Source: an uncultured Spirochaetales bacterium
GTDB taxonomy: Bacteria; Spirochaetota; Spirochaetia; CAYLLE01
Length of the DNA: 64,000 nt
Reading direction: 5' to 3'
Assembly: GCA_964384485.1 (NCBI GenBank)
Contig: CAYLLE010000001.1
Coordinates: 40,589-104,588, forward strand
A model generated the notes under the pieces. That model was not told the DNA's origin. It ran no database searches and worked only from the letters and a program-made list of their open reading frames with translations. How positions within the stretch are numbered: the first letter of the stretch is position 1; the number at the start of each line of letters is the position of its first letter. Below, in pieces: positions 38,511 through 47,988 of this stretch. The position numbers and the translations under genes are program-made.

Positions 38511-41500
38511 GCACAGAAAGCACCAGATGGTCGGAAGATAAGGCTCCCCGTAGTTTAAGTGATCTTAAATCCCGGTTTACCGAATCACCGGGAAGATACC
38601 GGCCGGTTCCCTGGCTCGGATACTCGGGCAGTCTTACCGAAGAAGAAGTACTCGCGTCGATAGAAGAGATGCACCGGCAGTCTATATACTCTTTTTTCAT
38701 CTTCCCCGTATACGGAATGGAGATTGAGTACCTTTCCCCGGAATGGTTCTCCCTTGTAAGAAAATCGGTCCGACGGGCAGCTTCCCTGGGGATGGAAGTC
38801 TGGATTTACGACGATTACAACTGGCCCAGCGGAACCTGCGGCGGCAAATTGATTTTAGAGCATCCGGAGTACAGCATCCGCCGGATAGAAGCTTTTATAT
38901 CAGATTATATCCCTCCAGGTGAAGAACTCAGGTTCCCCGGACAGGACCCATTCATTAAAACGGTCGCGGTTACAGAATCAGGCCGGTCGCTGCCTGCCAC
39001 TCTGTCCAAAGATGAAGAAAGCGGTTATTCCTGGAAGAATGACACAGCAGAACCGGCCAGGATAACACACCTGTATATACAGGAGCCGGCCCCGCTCAAA
39101 TACAATCTCTGTCTTTTTAAAGGCAGCCTCTGGCAGAAAGAATATGATTTGGGTACCCATTACTTAGAGTTCCTAAATCCCGACGCGGTTGAAGAATTCA
39201 TCACCATGACCTACCGGCGGTACCGCAGTGAGCTGAAGGATTTGTGGAGCTCAATTGCGGGTTTTATGACCGACGAACCGAGCCTTCGCGAATCAATCCA
39301 TTATTATCCCCCGTTCTTAAAAACATTTGAAAAGACCTACGGATACAACCTGGAAGACCGGCTTGAACACCTCTTTCTCCCCGGTTCGGAAAATGCATTC
39401 CAGGTCCGGGCCGATTACTGGAGACTTGCCGGAAAAATATTTGCTGAAAATCTGGGTCGTATAAACCGGTGGTGCCGGAAGCACGGGGTAGATTTTACCG
39501 GTCATTTCCTGGGAGAAGAGAGTCCGGGGGCCGAAGTCTGGCATCAGGGGTCAGCGGCTGTCCGGAAGGAAATGTCGATCCCCGGCATGGACGTTCTCTA
39601 CGATACTCCGTGTGATCCCACCCCGTCCAACACCTATTCAACATTCGTCCATCATTACGACAACCTGGCCCTTACCGGAAAACTTGTCTCCGCGGCCTCG
39701 GAAACAGCCGGGAGCCGGAGAGCTTTTGCCGAAGCATTCGGCGGCTTTCCCTACTGGGGCGGTCCGGCCGATTTGACCGCCCAAACCCATTGGACTACGG
39801 CGCAGGGAATAAATTTTATAAACGACAATTCCCTTTCCGTTTCCTGGAAAAGTTTCCGGAAGCGCACACTCTGGGGGAAGCATTTTACAATGCCCTGGTG
39901 GGAATGCTACAGCAATTTCGTAAAAACAGCAGGCCGGTGCTGCCTGCTCGAATCAGTGGGAAGACCGATTAGACCTATCGGCCTGGTGTATCCTGAGCTG
40001 ACCGCTCAAGCCCTTACCTTCCGTAACTGGCACCGCGGCAGCTCCGGTGTTACCGGAACCCTTCTGCAGTCGAATAAGCTTGTTCAGGAGACTGCTTCAG
40101 CATTGTCTCTCAACCATCGGGACTGGGGTATCCTGTGGGAAAACGGTTTATCCGAATCTTCCGGTGACCGTGAAAACTGCAGGATCCTGATCATCCCGGG
40201 GGCTTACTGCCTCTCCCGGAAAATACTTGAAGACCTCATGGTTCAGCAGCGGAAGGGCATCTGTTTAATCTTTGTCGGTTCAGCACCGGAATATTTTATC
40301 GACGGAGATAATGACCTGTGCCGGGACATCCTCGACAGGCTCATGCAGTGCCCGAACGTGTACCGGATAAATCCCCGGGAAGCTGACCGGTATATCATAG
40401 AACGCGCGATAGAGCCGATTATTGATGGTCAACTTGACCGAAGCTTCTCCATTTCCGGCCCGGGGAAACATCTTATTACAGCGTCCGCAAGGATGTGGGA
40501 AGATACCGGGATTATCCATCTTGTGAATATGAGCCCGCGGACAACCCGCGTCTCCTGTTTCGTTACCACGAAAGATCCTGTGTCTTTGTGGCATCCCGAT
40601 GACGGTAAAACATATTCGGTCTCCGGAGTAGATCTTGAGCAGGGACAGAAGTTTTCACTCGAATTCGCCCCCTGGGAGGGATACTTTCTCGTCTCGAGTC
40701 GGGAAGCCGTGGTGACGGACCACCCGTTGCCGCCCCGGGACGCGGCGCAGGGACTGGAAGGATTCACCCTGCGGCACACGGCTTTTCCGGAACCGCTTCC
40801 GGATTTTTTATCCTTGGACAATAAATGGGACATCACCCCCGAATCAGTGAACACCCTGGCGCCGGATATGTACTTCCATGAAATGACAGCGGAATCCGGA
40901 CCGCCGTCCGAATCCGCCGGATGGCTTCGCGCAGATGACGAGAAACTCCCCTTTCCGTTAAACCCTTCCGAGTCCGAATACTACTGGCACCGGTGTGATT
41001 TTTTTGCCGAATATCTCCCGGACGACATAGCTGCCGTGGTAGACAGTGATCTCTATGAAGCCGCTTTTATCAACGGAAATCCGCTGCCTGACCCATCTCC
41101 CGTCACACTGTGGGACCGGGGAAATCTTTCCTTCAGACTCGGCGGGTACATAAAACCGGGAGACAACAGCCTGACATTCAAAGTAAAGACTGACCCTCAC
41201 TATGATCCGAAGGTAGTTCTCAAGTCTTTTGAACCGTTCCGTCTTGAACCCGTTATCGTCTCCGGATCCTTCGGTGTAGCAATTAAAGATAAGGGTAAAG
41301 TGATCGGACCTAAACCCGACCGGCTGTTCACCGGCGACTGGGGTCTGCAGGGCTTTTATAATTATTCCGGAGTGATAGTATACCGGCATACTTTTACCGC
41401 TCTGCCCCAGGGCAGCCAGGTGTGGCTTGACCTGGGATCGGTTGGTGTATGCGCTCATCTTAAAGTAAACGGCCGGGAAGCAGGAAGACGCTGCTGGCCG

Positions 41501-41674
41501 CCGTATATGTTCCGGATCGATCCCTACCTGGAAGAAGGAAAAAACACCTTGCTTATACGGGTAATGAACACCTTCGGGAACCTTTTCGAGAAAGGTGTTT
41601 GGGGATTCGACCATAAAACGGGTATGGCTCCGTCGGGTATTCTCGGACCGGTTAAGCTGATCGGCCTTCCCTGA
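38507..41674 (+). CDS. Large multidomain glycoside hydrolase (1055 aa). Its N-terminus is alpha-L-rhamnosidase-like (GH106-type). It has two C-terminal galactose-binding-like beta-sandwich domains.
   Basis: N-terminal motif RYRPVPWLGYSG..EEEVLASIEEMHRQSIYSFFIF. The C-terminal domains resemble the GH2 N-terminal sugar-binding domain (YRHTFTALPQGSQVWLDLGSVGVCAHLKVNGREAG). ATGA overlap with the upstream gene. The family assignment is tentative. Confidence 0.5.
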   Translation: MSTESTRWSEDKAPRSLSDLKSRFTESPGRYRPVPWLGYSGSLTEEEVLASIEEMHRQSIYSFFIFPVYGMEIEYLSPEWFSLVRKSVRRAASLGMEVWIYDDYNWPSGTCGGKLILEHPEYSIRRIEAFISDYIPPGEELRFPGQDPFIKTVAVTESGRSLPATLSKDEESGYSWKNDTAEPARITHLYIQEPAPLKYNLCLFKGSLWQKEYDLGTHYLEFLNPDAVEEFITMTYRRYRSELKDLWSSIAGFMTDEPSLRESIHYYPPFLKTFEKTYGYNLEDRLEHLFLPGSENAFQVRADYWRLAGKIFAENLGRINRWCRKHGVDFTGHFLGEESPGAEVWHQGSAAVRKEMSIPGMDVLYDTPCDPTPSNTYSTFVHHYDNLALTGKLVSAASETAGSRRAFAEAFGGFPYWGGPADLTAQTHWTTAQGINFINDNSLSVSWKSFRKRTLWGKHFTMPWWECYSNFVKTAGRCCLLESVGRPIRPIGLVYPELTAQALTFRNWHRGSSGVTGTLLQSNKLVQETASALSLNHRDWGILWENGLSESSGDRENCRILIIPGAYCLSRKILEDLMVQQRKGICLIFVGSAPEYFIDGDNDLCRDILDRLMQCPNVYRINPREADRYIIERAIEPIIDGQLDRSFSISGPGKHLITASARMWEDTGIIHLVNMSPRTTRVSCFVTTKDPVSLWHPDDGKTYSVSGVDLEQGQKFSLEFAPWEGYFLVSSREAVVTDHPLPPRDAAQGLEGFTLRHTAFPEPLPDFLSLDNKWDITPESVNTLAPDMYFHEMTAESGPPSESAGWLRADDEKLPFPLNPSESEYYWHRCDFFAEYLPDDIAAVVDSDLYEAAFINGNPLPDPSPVTLWDRGNLSFRLGGYIKPGDNSLTFKVKTDPHYDPKVVLKSFEPFRLEPVIVSGSFGVAIKDKGKVIGPKPDRLFTGDWGLQGFYNYSGVIVYRHTFTALPQGSQVWLDLGSVGVCAHLKVNGREAGRRCWPPYMFRIDPYLEEGKNTLLIRVMNTFGNLFEKGVWGFDHKTGMAPSGILGPVKLIGLP

Positions 41675-42668
41675 ACGTTTCAATCATGGCGATAACGTTT
41701 TCCGGCGGAACATCCTGCGGTACCGAGTGGGTGGGTCCGCCGATGTATCCTCCGCCGGCGCCGAGAATGTTCATCGTCTCTCTGGTCACCTGACGCACTT
41801 CATCAACCGACGCGTAGGGCAGGAACTGCTGGGTACTGATTCCTCCCCAAAATGTAAGTTTACTTCCATACCGGTTTTTCACTTGTTCAAGATCGTAAAT
41901 CTCAGGCTGCAGGGTTTGATACACATCCAGTCCAATCTCAATCAGATCGTCAAATATTTCCGATACATCGCCGCAGGAATGCTGAAAAACATATAACCCT
42001 TTACTCCGTACTCTTCCGTAGAGGTCAGCCATCCGGGGCTTGATGAATTTTCTCCAGTGTTTAGGACCCATTAGCAAGCCGCGCTGCTGTCCCCAATCAT
42101 CACCAAACATAAAACCGTCCAAATCGTATTGAAGGGCCACATCCAGTATTTTATGATTAAAGGCAAGAATTCCATCCAAAAGTTCCTCGACGAAACCGGG
42201 ATTCAGTATCATATCGGCAAGGAGATTTTCCATTCCCCGAAGCGTCCATGCCCGTTCAAACATTGAGAATCCGATATTTCCTAATTTAAAAACATCTTCA
42301 TCTAATTCAATCAATTCACCGAACCTTTTATGGAGATTATCCGTTTCAAGCCGGGGGAATGAATAGCCGTTCATTTCAGGTGCAGGAAGCTGTATGTTGT
42401 CAACGATGCCGGTATCCTTATCCGCGCCGCTCTTGTTCCAGACCACTCCGAAGGCATCACGAAAAAATCCGGGCTTATCGGGAAGTTCTGTTATCCCGCC
42501 TTTAAAATAAGCGCTCTTGATATGATTACCAATTTTCGCATCAAAATCAGGATCCTTCAGGTAGTCCGCGATCCTCGCGCGCTCGTGGATGGTAAATCCT
42601 ACTGAATACGGAACTCTGTCGGGCTCTTCGTGTTCAATGGCAGCAATTATACGTTCCCTTCTTGTCAT
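41652..42668 (-). CDS. uroporphyrinogen decarboxylase (URO-D) family protein (MtaA/CmuA-like methyltransferase fold)
   Basis: The N-terminus (MTRRERIIAAIEHEEPDRVPYSVGF) and C-terminus (GGISTQQFLPYASVDEVRQVTRETMNILGAGGGYI) are typical of URO-D/MtaA. It is the last gene of a minus-strand operon. Confidence 0.7.
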   Translation of the reverse strand: MTRRERIIAAIEHEEPDRVPYSVGFTIHERARIADYLKDPDFDAKIGNHIKSAYFKGGITELPDKPGFFRDAFGVVWNKSGADKDTGIVDNIQLPAPEMNGYSFPRLETDNLHKRFGELIELDEDVFKLGNIGFSMFERAWTLRGMENLLADMILNPGFVEELLDGILAFNHKILDVALQYDLDGFMFGDDWGQQRGLLMGPKHWRKFIKPRMADLYGRVRSKGLYVFQHSCGDVSEIFDDLIEIGLDVYQTLQPEIYDLEQVKNRYGSKLTFWGGISTQQFLPYASVDEVRQVTRETMNILGAGGGYIGGPTHSVPQDVPPENVIAMIETFREGRSA

Positions 42669-42685
42669 AAAAAACTCCTTATAAG

Positions 42686-43774
42686 TCAGAACTGGTTTAA
42701 GAATTCACCGGCGATTTCCGCTTTTTGCACAAATGATGCCGTGAGAGCCCATTCTTCATCAGAATGAAACCGGCCGCCTACCGGACCTAAACCGTCCAAC
42801 ACCGGAACCAGATCGGCTACATAACTGCTGTCGGACGCTCCGCCCCGGGAAATCGGGAATACCCGCACCCCTTTTCGTTCAGCGCATTTGCCGTATTTCC
42901 GGAACAGGGCCTCTGTTCCGGAATTCGGAGAAAAAGCAGGAAAAGCGGGTCCCGGCGTTAATACGAACTTGCATCGGGTGCCGGAGCCGTTTACCAATTC
43001 CTCCGCCTTCCTTACCGCGGATTCGAGCACATCAAGCTCAAAGGCCCGGATCTCAAACTCGGCTTCGGCATAATCCGGAACCTGGTTGTAGGCCGAACCT
43101 CCCCGGACTATTCCGACATTAACCGTGCATTCCCTGCCGTAATCGGTCATGGATTCAAGCTTCTCTACCATACCGCACAACCCCCGGACGGCACTGACCC
43201 CCGAGGCGTGATCATTTCCCGCGTGCGCTGCTTTTCCGCAGGATTCCAGCTTGAATCTTCTAAGACCCTTCCGGGCTGTAACAGCGTATAAACCCTCATC
43301 CGCTGGCGGAACAGGTTCGAAATTGAGACAGTATTCCGCCTTAAGGTTACGTCGAATGTAATTGCGGAATGCCTGAGTGGGGATTTCTTCCCGGCCGTTC
43401 ACCACAATCCGGAGGTTTCTTTTCTTCGTTCTGTCGAGAGTTTGCAGGAGTACGGTCAGACCGCCCTTCATATCCGCGACTCCGGCTCCATAGATCCTGT
43501 CAGGCTGACTGCCGATTCGGAACGGGACTTCCTGCGGACCAAGGACGGTGTCGGCATGACCCAGCAGAAGTACCTGACCGTCGGAAGATCCCCGGACCGC
43601 GTCCAGAACGGGAAATGAAACATCTCCCTCTTTGAGTTCTTGAATCCTCACGGTGAAGTCCCGTTCCTCTAAACAGGGTGTAAGTAATGCCATCACATCG
43701 CGTATACCTTCTTTACGAGAGCTTCTGCTGTCTATCCTGCAGAGGTCGGAGAGCATGGAAAGAAAATCATCCAT
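42686..43774 (-). CDS. M20 family metallopeptidase / N-acyl-amino-acid deacylase-like (ArgE/DapE/CPG2 fold)
   Basis: Metal-binding motifs (LLGHADTV, GAGVADMKGG). Confidence 0.8.
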   Translation of the reverse strand: MDDFLSMLSDLCRIDSRSSRKEGIRDVMALLTPCLEERDFTVRIQELKEGDVSFPVLDAVRGSSDGQVLLLGHADTVLGPQEVPFRIGSQPDRIYGAGVADMKGGLTVLLQTLDRTKKRNLRIVVNGREEIPTQAFRNYIRRNLKAEYCLNFEPVPPADEGLYAVTARKGLRRFKLESCGKAAHAGNDHASGVSAVRGLCGMVEKLESMTDYGRECTVNVGIVRGGSAYNQVPDYAEAEFEIRAFELDVLESAVRKAEELVNGSGTRCKFVLTPGPAFPAFSPNSGTEALFRKYGKCAERKGVRVFPISRGGASDSSYVADLVPVLDGLGPVGGRFHSDEEWALTASFVQKAEIAGEFLNQF

Positions 43775-45063
43775 TAGAGTGTTTTTTCAACCTCCCTGAT
43801 CTGCCTGGCCAGCTCCTCGGTTATACGAGCTGCTTCATCTTCCCGGAGGAGTAACGGCGGCTGGATCCTGAGGACATTGCCGAACGGACCGCCTGCTCCA
43901 ATTAAAATACCCCGTTCCCGGCATCCCGCGCGGATCTGCTTTGCGAACTCAGGTGCCGGCGTTTTGGCCGAATCTTTTACCAGTTCGATACCGATCATGA
44001 GCCCTCTGCCCCTTACTTCACCGGTCACGACCGTTTCCTCTTCCAGCGGCTTCAGCGAGTTCATTATCTGCGAGCCCCTTTCCAGAGCATTTCCAGAGAG
44101 ATCATTCCGGGTAATAAATTCTATGTTACTGAGAGCGGCCGCGCAGCTCACCGGATTACCGCCGAACGTCGAAAGATGGCTCCCCGGAGTAAAAGCCTCA
44201 GCTATTTCCGGGCGTACGGTAAACGCGGATAGGGGAAATCCGTTCGCGATTCCTTTTGCCGTCGTCATTATATCAGGAACAATGCCGCTATATTGAATTC
44301 CGAACATTTTTCCGGTCCTGCCGAATCCGGTTTGAACTTCATCACATATAAACAGAATATCATGCTCTTCCAAAATTTCTTTTACGTATTCGAAAAATCC
44401 GTCCGGCGGGACAATAATGCCCCCCTCTCCCAAAATCGGTTCCGTTATCATGGCGGCAACATCACCGGCCGTTTGAAAACGTATCACATTCCGAAGATAT
44501 TCCGCGGACTGTTCCGCGCAGGCTCCGGGAGACTCGGTACCGAAGGGACAGCGGTACGTGTAGGGCGCGGGGGTAAAGGCAATACCGGAAGCGTAAGGAC
44601 CTCCGTCTGTTTTCCTGCTGCTGTTTCCGGTAATAGACAAAGTCATGTTGGTCCTGCCGTGGAAACTGTGGGTCAACGCGATAAACTCGTGCCTGCCGGT
44701 ATACTGTCTCGCGATCCGCAAAGCGCCTTCGATTGCTTCGGCGCCGCTGTTTCCGAAAAATGATTTCCGGAGTGTGCCGGGAGTAATTTGGGAAAGCTTC
44801 TCTGCCAGGTTAGCTGCAGGGGAGTTGTAGTACACATAGGTGCAGCAGTGAACCCACCGTTCCATCTGTTCTATGGCGGCATCAAGTATTTCCCGATTTC
44901 CATGCCCGGCATTTGTAACAGCGATGCCGCTGAAACAATCCAAATATTCTTTTCCGCTCCTGTCGGTCACGGTACAATCCTTCGCCGACATAAACTCCAC
45001 ATCTTCGAATCCAGAAACCATAGAGGTGATCATGTATTCCTGATAAAGATCCTTCGTATTCAT
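43774..45063 (-). CDS. class III PLP-dependent aminotransferase (omega-aminotransferase family)
   Basis: FICDEVQTGFGRTGKMFG and TTAKGIANGFPLSA (Lys) motifs. The start was trimmed to the ATG at 45063, which is preceded by GGAG. Confidence 0.85.
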   Translation of the reverse strand: MNTKDLYQEYMITSMVSGFEDVEFMSAKDCTVTDRSGKEYLDCFSGIAVTNAGHGNREILDAAIEQMERWVHCCTYVYYNSPAANLAEKLSQITPGTLRKSFFGNSGAEAIEGALRIARQYTGRHEFIALTHSFHGRTNMTLSITGNSSRKTDGGPYASGIAFTPAPYTYRCPFGTESPGACAEQSAEYLRNVIRFQTAGDVAAMITEPILGEGGIIVPPDGFFEYVKEILEEHDILFICDEVQTGFGRTGKMFGIQYSGIVPDIMTTAKGIANGFPLSAFTVRPEIAEAFTPGSHLSTFGGNPVSCAAALSNIEFITRNDLSGNALERGSQIMNSLKPLEEETVVTGEVRGRGLMIGIELVKDSAKTPAPEFAKQIRAGCRERGILIGAGGPFGNVLRIQPPLLLREDEAARITEELARQIREVEKTL

Positions 45064-45073
45064 TTTCACTCCG

Positions 45074-46102
45074 TTACGAAAGGTAAACAGGGTTTCCCGT
45101 TTCCACCGACTCGTTAATTCCGCAGATAATCCTTGTAACTTCAAGACCGTCCCTGGCCCCGGTCATGGGCACCTGATCGGAAACAATACAGTCGACAAAA
45201 TGACGGATACTCTCCACCGCGAACCCCATTGGTTTTCCGTAGATGTTCGGTCTAACCAGAACATCCGGATACTTTGAATCTTCGGCGGTGTATTTCTGCA
45301 TGGCTCTGTGATGGCTTCCATCCAGATAAATCACTCCCTCTGTTCCGACAACTTCGCACTTAAAGTCTATCAGACTTGGCGATGATTTAGGAAGGATCCA
45401 GCAGTTTTCCACCATCCCGACTCCGCCGTCTTGAAATTCCAAAATCATCTCGTAAAAATCGGGAGTCGTTATACCCATGCCCGTAAGTACTTTCGACCTG
45501 GCCACCCCGTACACCTTTTTAACCTTATCAGCAAACAGCCACCGGACCAAGTCTACCGAATGACTTCCGATGAACCAGGCCACGGAGGACCGGCCGGCCC
45601 ACTTAAGCCACTCTGTGGGGACGGTGATTTCATCATTCAGCCGTAAATAAATATATGAGGGGCTCCCGAGCTGCCCCTTCAAAATCGATTCTTTTGTCTT
45701 GTAAAAAATCGGATTCCACCGGTTGTGGAAATCAACCATAAACTTAACCCCTGCCGCTTCCGCGGCGTCCGCGATCTTCTCGCATTCTTCCACAGTGGTT
45801 GCCAGGGGTTTCTCTATAAGTACATCTTTGCCCGCTTCTATCGCGGCCAGTGCAATTTCGGTATGGCTGAAATCGGGAGTTACTATCGAAACAGCACTGA
45901 CGGAATCGTCCTGCAGAAGCTCCCGGTAATCGGAGTATCCGCTGTTCACGCCGTATTTTGACATGGCCTGATTCAGCCTTTCTCCATCGGTGTCGCATAA
46001 CGCTGCCAGATTAACCCGTTCATCGTAGTCATACGTCTGGGCGTGCATATCACCCCAGCCGCCTACCCCGATAATTCCAATTCCTATTTCCCGGTTTTTC
46101 AT
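45074..46102 (-). CDS. Gfo/Idh/MocA family NAD(P)-dependent oxidoreductase
   Basis: N-terminal Rossmann motif (IGIGIIGVGGWGDMHAQTY) and C-terminal GFO_IDH_MocA_C region. Confidence 0.85.
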   Translation of the reverse strand: MKNREIGIGIIGVGGWGDMHAQTYDYDERVNLAALCDTDGERLNQAMSKYGVNSGYSDYRELLQDDSVSAVSIVTPDFSHTEIALAAIEAGKDVLIEKPLATTVEECEKIADAAEAAGVKFMVDFHNRWNPIFYKTKESILKGQLGSPSYIYLRLNDEITVPTEWLKWAGRSSVAWFIGSHSVDLVRWLFADKVKKVYGVARSKVLTGMGITTPDFYEMILEFQDGGVGMVENCWILPKSSPSLIDFKCEVVGTEGVIYLDGSHHRAMQKYTAEDSKYPDVLVRPNIYGKPMGFAVESIRHFVDCIVSDQVPMTGARDGLEVTRIICGINESVETGNPVYLS

Positions 46103-46114
46103 CTTTTGCTCCTC

Positions 46115-46894
46115 TTAAATACCTTTGTAACCGCCGGCGACAACAATTTCTTCCCCGGTAATGGCGTCGGAGGCCGGAGAAAGAAGAAAAAGCGCGGCAC
46201 CAACCACATCATCCACCGTCAGAATCCGTTTTTGCGGAGTTTGCTCGATTATGTTCTGCCGTAATTCTTCTATTGTCAGACCGCCGCTTTCGGCGATCAT
46301 GGGCCAATGGGATTCGGCGATTGAAGTTTCCGTGGGACCGGGACACAGGGAGTTCACGCAGATTCCCTTGTCGGCAACCTCTTTTGCCAAAGACTGGGTA
46401 AAGCCGATAACCCCGAACTTGGAGGCACAATATGGACTTATCCTGGCTACTCCTGCCTTTCCGGCGGTGGAAGCGACATTCAGGATTTTCCCGCTCCTGT
46501 TTTTAATCATCTCCGGAAGCACCGCTTTACACATAAGGAATACCCCGGTTAAGTTCACCGAAAGAGTTTTGTTCCATTCTTCAAGAGAGGTTGTTTGAAC
46601 GGGATCAGCCGGCCCGCCGATTCCGGCATTGTTGACTAATACATCAATTCCGCCGAACGCGGAAATGGCTTCATTTACCGCCCCCGCCGCGTCTTCTTCC
46701 CGGGAGACATCCCCTGTATAGATAAACCCTTTACCGCCGGCGTCGTTTATGCGTTTGACCGTGTCTTTCAGCTGATCCGCCGAACGGGACATCACCGCGA
46801 CCGCTGCTCCCCGCTCAGCCAGTGCCACGGCCAATCCGCGTCCAATTCCCCGGCCGCCTCCGGTTATCAATACCCGCATATCCTTAAAGTCCAT
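46115..46894 (-). CDS. SDR family short-chain dehydrogenase/reductase
   Basis: TGGGRGIGRGLAVALAERGAAV cofactor motif, YCASKFGVIGFT catalytic YxxxK, and NNAG. Confidence 0.9.
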   Translation of the reverse strand: MDFKDMRVLITGGGRGIGRGLAVALAERGAAVAVMSRSADQLKDTVKRINDAGGKGFIYTGDVSREEDAAGAVNEAISAFGGIDVLVNNAGIGGPADPVQTTSLEEWNKTLSVNLTGVFLMCKAVLPEMIKNRSGKILNVASTAGKAGVARISPYCASKFGVIGFTQSLAKEVADKGICVNSLCPGPTETSIAESHWPMIAESGGLTIEELRQNIIEQTPQKRILTVDDVVGAALFLLSPASDAITGEEIVVAGGYKGI

Positions 46895-46916
46895 TTGATC
46901 TGTTCTCCTTCATTTG

Positions 46917-47918
46917 TTACCGCAAAACATGTTCGGTAAGCAGCTCTAGCGTTCCCACAATATCCTGTTGACTCATTTTTTCTCTTATTCCTGTTTCATC
47001 CAGGGTTCCGGCGATTTCATAGAGTTTATGAATCATACTGACGGTACGGCTTAAGGCCGCGTATCCGTCCTCCCGATAGGGGTATATATCGATACCGTAC
47101 CAGCCGTCGAACTTGATCCGCCGGAGCCACCAGAAGAGTTCGATCATCTCCCATAAATTGACACTGCCGATAATCATATCATGATCCCAATCCCGGTAGT
47201 TATCGTTTAGATGGAGATGAAACAGTCTTCCCTGCCGGGCCGCGAGAACCGCGGACTCCGCCGGACTCTCTTGCGCCATCAGGGAGTGACCCACATCGAG
47301 GGTGATTCCCACATGGGGCTTTCCCGCCAGCTCGCAGAGAAGAAGGGCTTTACCCACATCGGATATGTGGCATTTGTTCCTGGGTTCCTTCGGCTTGTAT
47401 TCAACTACGATTTTTACGCGGGGATTGTATTCAGAAATTTCACTAATCCCTTCCACCAGGTGATTCCAGGCGGCTTCATAGTCCGATTGGAAGGGATAAT
47501 CAAATCCGTCCTGACCGAGCCAAAGCTGCACATCCGCGGCTCCGGCTGCTTCGGCTGCGTCTATTCCCCGCTTCACCAGTACTAATGCTTCTTTCCTGAC
47601 GGCATAATCGGTCGACGAAAGAGAACCGTATTTCCATTTTGGGTCGGAGAAGACATCAATTTCCACCATCCCGAGAGCCAGTCCGTGACTATCTAGGAGT
47701 TTTTTTAATCTAACAGGATCATTGAACTGACTGGGAAAATCCACAGCCAGACCTGTAATACCGCTTACCCGGGACAGTTTCTCTACCTGTTCGGTAAAAC
47801 TGATATTTTCCCGGTAACCGTCTTTAACGAACCGGTCGGCACAATTGGAAAATGATGTGGTTGCCGCGTCTATCCGCAGCTTTTCCGGATATTTTTCCAT
47901 GATTACCTCGACTGCCAT
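46917..47918 (-). CDS. sugar phosphate isomerase/epimerase (xylose-isomerase-like TIM barrel, AP_endonuc_2 family)
   Basis: TIM-barrel metal-ligand pattern (VEYKPKEP, ITLDVGHSL, LHLNDNYRDWDHDMIIG). Confidence 0.7.
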   Translation of the reverse strand: MAVEVIMEKYPEKLRIDAATTSFSNCADRFVKDGYRENISFTEQVEKLSRVSGITGLAVDFPSQFNDPVRLKKLLDSHGLALGMVEIDVFSDPKWKYGSLSSTDYAVRKEALVLVKRGIDAAEAAGAADVQLWLGQDGFDYPFQSDYEAAWNHLVEGISEISEYNPRVKIVVEYKPKEPRNKCHISDVGKALLLCELAGKPHVGITLDVGHSLMAQESPAESAVLAARQGRLFHLHLNDNYRDWDHDMIIGSVNLWEMIELFWWLRRIKFDGWYGIDIYPYREDGYAALSRTVSMIHKLYEIAGTLDETGIREKMSQQDIVGTLELLTEHVLR

Positions 47919-47988
47919 TTTAGACAGGAGCGACTTGGACAGGCAACGTTCTATTTTTTACTTTTGTGCCACCCCTTTACCGGCAGGT

